This document shows positions 1-7,571 of a stretch of 35,826 bases of DNA, piece by piece. Origin of the DNA: Gemmatimonadota bacterium (lineage in GTDB: Bacteria; Gemmatimonadota; Gemmatimonadetes; Palauibacterales; Palauibacteraceae); contig JBHIAV010000032.1 of the NCBI GenBank assembly GCA_046758745.1, positions 1 through 35,826 on the forward strand, read 5' to 3'. Position numbers and translations under genes: made by a program. Position 1 is the stretch's first letter. Every line of letters begins with the position of its first letter. The notes under the pieces are model-generated. The model made no database searches, had not been told where the DNA came from, and saw only the letters and a list, made by a program, of their open reading frames with translations.

Positions 1-49
1 CTAGAGGCCGCGTGCGTAGCGGCGCTTGAACATGGAAGCCTCGTTCGAG

Positions 50-166
50 ATGGCGACGATCCAACGGGGAGCTCGGCTTCGTCGGTCCCCCTTCTTCGCT
101 TCGACCCGACGCCACGGCTGCCGGGGATACACGGTGTACAATCACATGTTGCTGCCGATGGGCTTC
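50..166 (+). pseudogene. N-terminal remnant of a GcvT/DmdA-like aminomethyltransferase
   Basis: MATIQRGARLRRSPFF...GCRGYTVYNHMLLPMGF resembles the DmdA/GcvT-family N-terminus as I recall it (RLR.(S/T)P...YT.YNHMLLP). Similarity ends after about 39 codons and the frame closes at 259. Confidence 0.65.
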
Positions 167-252
167 GCAGGATCTTCGTGGCCCGCCGCAGGTAGAGGGG
201 GCGAAATGTGCCCTATGAGGTCTGAATCGCCCGAGCAGCGGGGAGGTGAGGT

Positions 253-2085
253 ATGGTGAAGACTCGGTGGAGCCACGGCGGGTTGCTCCTGGCGATCTGC
301 GCTGCGTACCCGGCAGTCTCTCATGCGGATACGACCGCTACCCCCGCATCGTCGGCCTCTGTATCGGAGATCCGCTACGAGGTGACGTTCGACGCGAGCA
401 CGGCCGAGGCAGGGATCCTCCGCGTCGGCATGTCCTTCCGCGTGGACCGGGAAGGGCCCGTCGTGCTCTCTCTCCCGGCGTGGACTCCGGGCTCCTACGA
501 GCTGGACAACTTCGCGCGCTACATCCGGAACTTCGCGGCGCGCGCCGCCGGGCAGCCGATCCGGTGGGACAAGGTCGATTTCGACAGCTGGCGCGTGCAT
601 CCGACCGGAGCTGGCACCGTCACCGTGAGCTTCGACTACGCCGCTGACACTCTGGACACCGGGATGGCGTGGTCGGCCCCGGACTTCGCCTTCTTCAACG
701 GGACGAACATCTTTCTGTACCCGGAGAATCAAGCGCTGGAGTTCGCGGCCCGGGTCGCGATCCACACCGAGCCGGATTGGCGCGTGGCGACGGGGCTGAC
801 TCCGGCAGGAACGCCCGGCGAGTACACGGCGGACAGCTATCACGAGCTGGTGGACATGCCGACCTTCGTCGGGCGCTTCGACCTGGACAGCGCGGAGGTC
901 GAGGGGCGTTGGTACCGTCTGGCCACCTACCCCCCGGGAACCGTGGCCGGAGAGTCGCGCGAGCGGATGTGGGACGAGATCCGTCGCATGCTCCCGCCCA
1001 TGGCGGCCGTCTTCGACGAGACGCCGTGGGACGACTACACCGTCCTGATGGTGTTCGGCGCGAACTACCCGGGTGCCAGCGCTCTCGAGCACCGGAGCTC
1101 GCACCTCGGGATCTACGCCACCGGCCTCATCGGCAACCCGGTCCTTCCCCTCGTGATGGCGCACGAGATCTTCCACGCGTGGAACGTGAAGCGACTCCGG
1201 CCGGCGGAGCTCGTGCCGTACCGGTACGACCGTGCGCAGCCGACGGAGCTGCTGTGGATCAGCGAGGGGATCACCGACTACTACGCCGACCTGGCTCTGG
1301 TGAGGAGCGGGATTCTCTCGAAGAGCGTGTTCTATCAGATCACCGCCGGGAAGATCGCCACCGTGGCCGCCGCGCCCCCGGTCGCGCTGGAGGACGCCTC
1401 GCTCTCGACCTGGATCGAGCCCACGGACGGGACGGCGACTCTCTACTACCCGAAAGGCTCCCTCGCCGGGCTGCTGCTGGACATCCTGATCCGGGACGCC
1501 TCCGACAACCGCTCGTCGCTGGACGGAGTGATGCGGCAGATGTACCGCGAGGCGTACAAGAACGGTGAGGGGTTCACGTCCGAGGGCTGGTGGCAGGCCG
1601 TGAGCCGCGCAGCGGGCGATCGGTCGTTCGACGGTTTCTACGCGCGGTATGTCGATGGGAGGGAGCCGTACCCGTGGGCCGAGGTGCTCCCGCTCGCCGG
1701 CCTCGTGCTGACGACGGACACGACGAAGTTCCCTCGCATCGGCGTGTCGACAACCCAGGACAGCGCCGGGATCCGGGTGGTGAGCGTCGCTCCGTCGAGC
1801 GCGGCGGCCGCGGCGGGAGTGCAGCCCGACGACCACCTCCTTCGCGTGGGCGACGTCGAGGTGGATGACGCTTCGTTCGGCGCCGCGTTCCGTTCGAGGT
1901 ACGCGGAGGAGCCCGAAGGCTCGCCGCTGGAGATCGAGGTCCGCCGGGGAGCCGAGACGCTCACACTGCGGGCGCTCCTCCGCTTCGCCGTGAATGTCAC
2001 CCGGTCGGTCCGCGAGGACGCGAACGCGTCTCCGAAGGCGGTGAGGATCCGGGAGGGGATCCTCGAAGGCCGGGTCGACGAGTAG
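253..2085 (+). CDS. M61-family (glycyl) aminopeptidase with C-terminal PDZ domain, secreted
   Basis: Signal peptide, LPAWTPGSY motif, ALEH, zinc motif AHEIFHAWN, LWISEGITDYY, YYPKG, and a PDZ-like C-terminus (SSAAAAAGVQPDD). SD-like GGAGGTGAGG upstream. Confidence 0.93.
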   Translation: MVKTRWSHGGLLLAICAAYPAVSHADTTATPASSASVSEIRYEVTFDASTAEAGILRVGMSFRVDREGPVVLSLPAWTPGSYELDNFARYIRNFAARAAGQPIRWDKVDFDSWRVHPTGAGTVTVSFDYAADTLDTGMAWSAPDFAFFNGTNIFLYPENQALEFAARVAIHTEPDWRVATGLTPAGTPGEYTADSYHELVDMPTFVGRFDLDSAEVEGRWYRLATYPPGTVAGESRERMWDEIRRMLPPMAAVFDETPWDDYTVLMVFGANYPGASALEHRSSHLGIYATGLIGNPVLPLVMAHEIFHAWNVKRLRPAELVPYRYDRAQPTELLWISEGITDYYADLALVRSGILSKSVFYQITAGKIATVAAAPPVALEDASLSTWIEPTDGTATLYYPKGSLAGLLLDILIRDASDNRSSLDGVMRQMYREAYKNGEGFTSEGWWQAVSRAAGDRSFDGFYARYVDGREPYPWAEVLPLAGLVLTTDTTKFPRIGVSTTQDSAGIRVVSVAPSSAAAAAGVQPDDHLLRVGDVEVDDASFGAAFRSRYAEEPEGSPLEIEVRRGAETLTLRALLRFAVNVTRSVREDANASPKAVRIREGILEGRVDE

Positions 2086-2334
2086 CTAGGTCTCGAGGCA
2101 CCGGGGGGTCCGCCGCTCGAAGGGCCTGCGGGAGGACGGGATCGACGGCCGCGAGCAAACGGAGCGCGGGCTCGTGGCTCGGCGGCGCCGGACGGGAAAC
2201 CCCCGAACTTCCCCGATCGTTTCTTAGATGAGAGTGTGAGCCGAAGTCTCGACCGCGCTTCAGCGGTGGGGGAGGCGTCGCGTGGCGGCGTCGGGCTGCC
2301 GCAGCCTCGGCTCACCGAGTGTGGAGGAGGTGCG

Positions 2335-2529
2335 GTGAATACGATGACGATTGAAGGACGGGCCGGTCCCTGCGACTCGCCCGCCGAGATAAGAAGCTGG
2401 ATCGATGAGCTCCTCGAGCTCCGTTTCGCGCTCCACGGTTATCAGGAGTTCGTTCGTGAGATCGATGACCAGCTCAGCTTGGCCGTCGGTTGGCTGAGCG
2501 CGCGGATGGCCGGAGTGCAGTGCGCCTGA
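2335..2529 (+). CDS. Small hypothetical helical protein (about 64 aa)
   Basis: Strong SD GGAGGAGG at 2323-2330 before GTG 2335 (alternative ATG 2344). Amphipathic, protein-like sequence (SPAEIRSWIDELLEL...). Confidence 0.6.
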   Translation: MNTMTIEGRAGPCDSPAEIRSWIDELLELRFALHGYQEFVREIDDQLSLAVGWLSARMAGVQCA

Positions 2530-2557
2530 GCCGACGTGGGGTCCCGCGTCGGCTCAG
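2526..2557. terminator. Long hairpin between convergent genes
   Basis: CTGAGCCGACGTGGG-GT-CCCGCGTCGGCTCAG is a near-perfect inverted repeat containing both convergent TGA stops. There is no U-tract. Confidence 0.45.
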
Positions 2558-3063
2558 CCGACGCCGCGAATCCGCTTGGTGAGCGCGGGCTCGATCCCCA
2601 TGAGCCGGGCGTACAGCGCGAGCTGACCGCGGTGGTACATCTCCTGGGCGATTCCGTGGTGGAGCCACGCGAGCCTCGTCCCACGGAGCCCGTCGAAGCG
2701 CTCGATGAGCTGAAGCATGTGCAGCTCTCCTGCGGTGCGGAAGCGCGCGCGACCTTCGTCCAGCGTCGTGCGGAGGGCGTCCAGCAGCTCCGGCTTGGCG
2801 GTGAGATCGGCGACACCTCCGGCATGGAGCGCCAGTAGCTCGGGCCACGGGAGCCTCCGCAGGTTCGTCTCCTCCCGGGTGAGCTCGCCCGCCATCATCA
2901 GCGAAACCTCTAGAATGTGCCGTACCAGCTCGGCCACGTCTCGTACGTCCGGCGTCGGCCGGAAATCGAATCGCTCGGCCGGAAGGTTCTCCACCTCGGC
3001 GATCACACCTTCGCGGGCGTCAGTCCAGGCCTCCAACGCCTCTTCGAGCAGGTTCGAGAACAT
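2554..3063 (-). CDS. DinB family protein
   Basis: FDFRPTPDVRDVAELVRHI and EMYHRGQLALYARLMGIEP are typical DinB motifs. GGAGG precedes ATG 3063; the longer upstream ORF extension is a shadow of the + strand gene. Confidence 0.9.
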   Translation of the reverse strand: MFSNLLEEALEAWTDAREGVIAEVENLPAERFDFRPTPDVRDVAELVRHILEVSLMMAGELTREETNLRRLPWPELLALHAGGVADLTAKPELLDALRTTLDEGRARFRTAGELHMLQLIERFDGLRGTRLAWLHHGIAQEMYHRGQLALYARLMGIEPALTKRIRGVG

Positions 3064-3204
3064 CGATCCTCCCGGGTCGATTTCTGACACGCTGCAACAT
3101 ACGCACCCTCTGCTTCGCCGTTGAGGCCGACCGGTAGCCGGCAGACGGGGATAGGCGGCGCTTCGTTGCCTCTCGCGGATCCTTCGGGCATCTTGAACGG
3201 CCGC

Positions 3205-3537
3205 ATGCCGGTCTATCTCATCTTCCTCGCGGTCTGTTTCGCGCTGCCGGCGGCCCTGATCGGCTGGCTGGGCAGAGGCCTGCTCCGTCGGTATCAACGG
3301 CCGCTCATCTGGTGCTTCCTGTTCGTCTTCACGGGGGGAGCCCTGTGGGACTGGATCGCTGTCCGGACCGGCGTGTGGCGGTACGACAGCGCTCCCACCC
3401 TGGGCGTGTGGATCGACGGCCTTCCCATCGAGGAGTTCCTCGGCTTCTACATCCTCGGGACGCTTCTCATCGGAGTCGTCTCGCTGGTCGTCGGCAGACG
3501 TAGCGTCCAGAAAGATCATCGGGCAAGGATGCGGTAA
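3205..3537 (+). CDS. Lycopene cyclase domain membrane protein (CrtYc/CrtYd-like)
   Basis: Three hydrophobic helices with the WDWIAVRTGVWRY...TLGVWIDGLPIEEFLGF signature. Confidence 0.85.
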   Translation: MPVYLIFLAVCFALPAALIGWLGRGLLRRYQRPLIWCFLFVFTGGALWDWIAVRTGVWRYDSAPTLGVWIDGLPIEEFLGFYILGTLLIGVVSLVVGRRSVQKDHRARMR

Positions 3538-3544
3538 GGCCGAA

Positions 3545-4246
3545 GTGTTCGGGTCTCTGAGCTACGTCGGCTACACGCTTCTCCTCTGCGTCCCGCCGCT
3601 CCTGCTCATGTGGCTGCGCCGGGAGTTCCGGCGGATCCTCACCGGGAACTTCCGATCCGTTTGGCTTCCGACCGCCCTTCTGACGCTGTACGGCAGCCTC
3701 ATCTGGCCGATCGCGCTGGAGATCGGTGCCTGGGCGTACGGGGCCGATCGCATCACCGGCATGAAGCTGTTCGGCTATGTGTTCGTCGATGACGTGCTCT
3801 GGTGGCTGGCCGTCAGCTCCACCTTCGCCTCGTTCCTGGCGATCGCCACTCACTACTGGGACAGAGGGGAGGACATCATGGTGCTGGAGATCCGCGGCCT
3901 GCTCGCCAGCTTCGCCAACGCGGTACGGGGGCTCGGCGCGATCACACTCGAGCGAAATCCGACCATCCACGTCGCGGTGGCCAGCTTCGTGCTCCTGGAG
4001 GGCGCGCTGTTCCGTATCACACCGTTGGAATGGCTTTTCGTGGCCGTAGCCATAGGTAGCGTGCTGGCCTTTGAGCTCATCAACAGCGCCATCGAGCGTC
4101 TGGGATCGAGGGTCCCGAGCGGGTTCGAGGAGGAGGTGAGGCTCATAAAGGACGGTGCGGCCGCCGCGGTGCTGATCGCCTCCCTCTCGGCCGCGGTGAT
4201 CGGGGCCGAGATCCTTCTGACCCGCATGATCGCGGCCCTGAAGTGA
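3545..4246 (+). CDS. Fusion of a lycopene cyclase-like domain and a prokaryotic diacylglycerol/undecaprenol kinase (DgkA-family) domain
   Basis: N-half: IALEIGAWAY...ITGMKLFGYVFVDDVLW (divergent cyclase signature). C-half: SFANAVRGL...ERNPTIH...ELINSAIE...IKDGAAAAVL (DgkA family). Confidence 0.85.
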   Translation: MFGSLSYVGYTLLLCVPPLLLMWLRREFRRILTGNFRSVWLPTALLTLYGSLIWPIALEIGAWAYGADRITGMKLFGYVFVDDVLWWLAVSSTFASFLAIATHYWDRGEDIMVLEIRGLLASFANAVRGLGAITLERNPTIHVAVASFVLLEGALFRITPLEWLFVAVAIGSVLAFELINSAIERLGSRVPSGFEEEVRLIKDGAAAAVLIASLSAAVIGAEILLTRMIAALK

Positions 4247-4301
4247 GCCGCCGCCGCCGCGATCGGGGCCGAGAGCCTTCTCGCACGCATGATCGCGGCC
4301 C
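4198..4301 (+). repeat. Imperfect 41-bp direct repeat (63-bp period) spanning the kinase-fusion stop codon
   Basis: gatcggggccgagatccttctgacccgcatgatcgcggccc (4198-4238) versus gatcggggccgagagccttctcgcacgcatgatcgcggccc (4261-4301). Confidence 0.9.
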
Positions 4302-4322
4302 GCCTCGAGGACGGGAAGGCAT

Positions 4323-4676
4323 TCACAGCCGGAGCTTGACGGAGAGGGAGGTCCTGGGACCCGACTGCCCGAACTCCTGCTCGATGGAGGCGCCGAGGCT
4401 GTTCGCGATCTTCAGCCGCGCGCTAACCTTCCCGCCGAGCCGCTGGTTCAGCAGGTCGTGCGTGAGGCCTCCGGAGAGCGTCAGCGTGTCATCGGCGCTC
4501 AGCTTGAGCCCGGCCGTGGAATGGAGGTTCAGGACGAGCCGGTCCGGCCGCCGGTAGTCGAGCCCCACCAGAGCCTTGGTGGCGTCGCTGATGTGGAGAG
4601 TAAGCCGGCCCTTGCCGGTGAACCGGCCGGCGAAGTCGGTGGAGCCTTTCACTTCGAGCTCGATATGGTGGGACAT
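4323..4676 (-). CDS. Hypothetical beta-strand-rich protein (117 aa)
   Basis: GGAG precedes ATG 4676. Alternating hydrophobic/polar strands with Gly turns throughout; composition is unlike the shadow ORFs. Confidence 0.7.
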   Translation of the reverse strand: MSHHIELEVKGSTDFAGRFTGKGRLTLHISDATKALVGLDYRRPDRLVLNLHSTAGLKLSADDTLTLSGGLTHDLLNQRLGGKVSARLKIANSLGASIEQEFGQSGPRTSLSVKLRL

Positions 4677-4825
4677 TGAGTTCTCCGGCATGGCGTGACG
4701 GGATGGCTCTTCCGTGGACCACCCGGGTGCTGCGCCGTCGTGCGGTCGCTCCTCGTGTCGCGACGGAAGATGCCGAGGCACCCGACGTCGCGCGAGATCG
4801 GCGAAAGCGCCGCCACCGCGTGCGA

Positions 4826-6550
4826 GTGCAAGGAACGTGGCGGGGGCGATCGTTCTCGGCGCAACCGTGGCGCGGAGATTCTCCCCCTGGCGCCGGTAGC
4901 TCGGCCCTGGCCGCCGCAGGGGCTCTCGCTCTGGCGGCCGCGGGGGCGCTCACCCCGGCTGGCTGTGGAGAAGGGGAGACGAGTGCCCGCGATGAGATCG
5001 CCTGGCACAGGGGTGACGTGCCTTCCGCCTTCGCGCTGGCCGCACGCGAGCGGAAGCCGCTCTTCCTCTACTGGGGCGCCGCGTGGTGTCCGCCGTGCCA
5101 GTACCTCGAGCGCACCGTGTTCCGGCGCCGAGAGTTCATCGAGCGAAGCCGGCGCTTCGTGAGCGTATACCTCGACGGAGACATGGAAGGAGCCCAGCGC
5201 CTCGGCGAGGAGCTCGGCGTGCGCGGCTACCCGACCGTCCTCCTGTTCAGCCCGGAAGGCGAGGAGATCACCCGGATCCCGAATCTTCCGATCGCGGAGT
5301 TCGTCAGGGTCCTGGACGAGTCGCTGGCGCGCATGCGACCGATCGCCGGGCTCCTCGGCGATGTCCTCGAAGCCGAGCCCGCCGAGATCGCCCCCCGGGA
5401 CCTGCACGCCCTCGCCTTCTACGCCTGGGAGGAGGACCGGAAGCTCGAGCTCTCTGACGAGGAGTGGTTGGAGATCTTCCGCGCGCTGCACGGGAAGACG
5501 CCCGCCGACCTCCCGGTCGAGAGGTCGCGCTTCCTGGTTGCGTACCTGAGCCGGCTGGCGGGAGCCGAGACGGAAGAGAGGGAGGAGGAGGAAGGAGGGC
5601 GCCCCTCCGCTCTCGAACCGGTCCCCGATGCCGTCGAAGACGGCCGACCGGCCCTCGCCGAGGAGGCCGGCGCCCTGCGCGCCGCGCTCGCGGCCGTCCT
5701 CGGCGATCCCAGGCTGGTGGCCGCCAACCTTCACGCCCGGTCCGACTCGAGCTCGCGCTACGTGAGGTTGCTCTATCCCGAGCCCTCTCCCGGCCGCGAC
5801 TCGCTCATCGATCGCTGGACGGGGGCGATGCGAGCCGCCGCGGACGATCCGTCGCTTCCGACGGAGGATCGGCTCGATGCGCTATTCCCGGTTCTCGAGC
5901 TGTACCGTCTGCGACACGCGGCGGGGGTGGGCGAGGAAGGCGTGGCTGCGCTCCCGGACAGCCTGGTCGAGGAGATACGCGACCGGATCGAGTCGGCGGT
6001 CGAGGCCGTCACCGACCGCGCGCAGCGCCACTCCGTGTGGAACCGCATCAACGCGCTCTCGCGCCGGGCCGGCCTCGCGGCCGAGGCCGAAGCGCTGCTC
6101 GCCTCCACCCTCGAGGAGATGGTGGCGCCCCACTACTACATGTGGCTTCTGGCGGCGCACGCGAGGCGCGCGGGGCGAGCCGAGGACGCGATCGAGTGGC
6201 GGCGCCGGGCGTATGAGGCGGCCACCGGACCGGCCACCCGTTTCGAGTCTGGCAGATACTACCTGAGCGACCTCATGGAGCTCGCGTCCTCCGAGACCGG
6301 ACGGATCGAGGCGGAGTCGAGGCGAATCCTCGGCGAGCTCCTGTCGTCGGAGGACGCCTTCGCCAATCGCAACCGGGAAGGGCTCGAGAGGCTGGCGGAG
6401 AGCTACCGCGGGTGGAACGAGGACGGCGAGCACGACGAGGAGATCGGGCGGATTCGGGCGTTCGTCCTCGGGGCCTGTCCCCGCTTCCCGGACGGTGACG
6501 GCGACTCCCCGCGGGCTCGCTGCGAACGGTTCCTCGCGGCCGAGGAGTGA
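4826..6550 (+). CDS. Thioredoxin-family lipoprotein with a large helical C-terminal region (start uncertain)
   Basis: Hydrophobic stretch and PAGC lipobox-like motif, then KPLFLYWGAAWCPPC, VRGYPT cis-Pro loop, and a TPR-like helical C-terminus. Confidence 0.85.
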   Translation: MQGTWRGRSFSAQPWRGDSPPGAGSSALAAAGALALAAAGALTPAGCGEGETSARDEIAWHRGDVPSAFALAARERKPLFLYWGAAWCPPCQYLERTVFRRREFIERSRRFVSVYLDGDMEGAQRLGEELGVRGYPTVLLFSPEGEEITRIPNLPIAEFVRVLDESLARMRPIAGLLGDVLEAEPAEIAPRDLHALAFYAWEEDRKLELSDEEWLEIFRALHGKTPADLPVERSRFLVAYLSRLAGAETEEREEEEGGRPSALEPVPDAVEDGRPALAEEAGALRAALAAVLGDPRLVAANLHARSDSSSRYVRLLYPEPSPGRDSLIDRWTGAMRAAADDPSLPTEDRLDALFPVLELYRLRHAAGVGEEGVAALPDSLVEEIRDRIESAVEAVTDRAQRHSVWNRINALSRRAGLAAEAEALLASTLEEMVAPHYYMWLLAAHARRAGRAEDAIEWRRRAYEAATGPATRFESGRYYLSDLMELASSETGRIEAESRRILGELLSSEDAFANRNREGLERLAESYRGWNEDGEHDEEIGRIRAFVLGACPRFPDGDGDSPRARCERFLAAEE

Positions 6551-6753
6551 AGATCCGATGCGCGGCTCCGGCCGGCGGACCGTACCCGAGGTGCGTGGAC
6601 CGGGTTTCGGCCGGGGGTTAGCTTCCCCGCGCCCGCGACAGGGGGGGCAGCGGCGCACGAGCGCCGCCCGGTCGGAGGGCGCGATGGCCCGAAGCGGCTG
6701 GCGGCCGTCACCGGGCCCGGCCGAGGACGGCGATCCACAGCGTATCAGGCGGA

Positions 6754-7437
6754 ATGGAGGCACGGGTCGGTTTGGCCACCCGCACGCTCAACTTGACCGA
6801 CGAGCTGTACGACTACCTGCAAAGCGTCTCCGTTCGGGAGCCGGACGTGCTGGTCCGGCTGCGGGAGGAGACGGCAGCGCTCGAGGAGGCCCGCATGCAG
6901 GTCGGGCCGGAGCAGGGCCAGTTCATGGCCCTGCTCGTGGAGCTGCTCGGTGCCAGCCGAGCGCTCGACGTGGGCACCTTCACCGGCTACAGCTCTCTCG
7001 CGGTAGCGCTCACCCTCCCCCCCGACGGCCGCCTCATCACCTGCGACGTGAGCGAGAAGTGGACGAACATCGCCCGGCGCTACTGGGAGGAGGCCGGCGT
7101 GGCCCACAAGATCGAGCTTCGCCTCGGGCCGGCCCTCGCCACGCTCGACGCCCTTCTTGCCGAGGGAGAAGAGGAGAGCTTCGACTTCGTTTTCATCGAC
7201 GCGGACAAGGTCAACTACGATGCGTACTACGAGCGTGCTCTCCTCCTTCTGAGGCCGGGCGGGTTGATCGCGATAGACAACGTGCTGTGGGATGGGAAGG
7301 TGGCCGACCCCGGGGTGGACGATGCGGAGACGGCCGCGCTTCGAGCGCTCAACCGGAAGCTGCACGCCGACGCCCGCGTGAGCCTCAGCCTCGTGCCGAT
7401 CGGCGACGGTCTCACACTGGCGCGAAGGCGAGGGTGA
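6754..7437 (+). CDS. Class I SAM-dependent O-methyltransferase (CCoAOMT/COMT-like)
   Basis: MQVGPEQGQF, LDVGTFTGYS, FDFVFIDADK, IDNVLWDG, PIGDGLT. The start may be TTG 6772. Confidence 0.95.
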   Translation: MEARVGLATRTLNLTDELYDYLQSVSVREPDVLVRLREETAALEEARMQVGPEQGQFMALLVELLGASRALDVGTFTGYSSLAVALTLPPDGRLITCDVSEKWTNIARRYWEEAGVAHKIELRLGPALATLDALLAEGEEESFDFVFIDADKVNYDAYYERALLLLRPGGLIAIDNVLWDGKVADPGVDDAETAALRALNRKLHADARVSLSLVPIGDGLTLARRRG

Positions 7438-7571
7438 CCCGGCTGCGTCAGCGGGTTGGAGATCGGCTAGCAAGCAATTTGCAGGAGCGGTAAGATGACG
7501 AGGGGCCCCGCAGGTCCCACGACGGCGGGCCTGCGCAGGGCGGCGCACCGAGCCGAATCGGAAACAGTCAG

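Noticed and set aside
142-1836. Long antisense or alternate-frame ORFs (e.g. 142-1836, 9191-10450, 21110-22681, 23224-25221, 30414-32513, 32429-34027)
   Set aside because: They shadow well-supported genes, are R/G/P/A-rich and have no motifs. This is expected in very GC-rich DNA with few stop codons.
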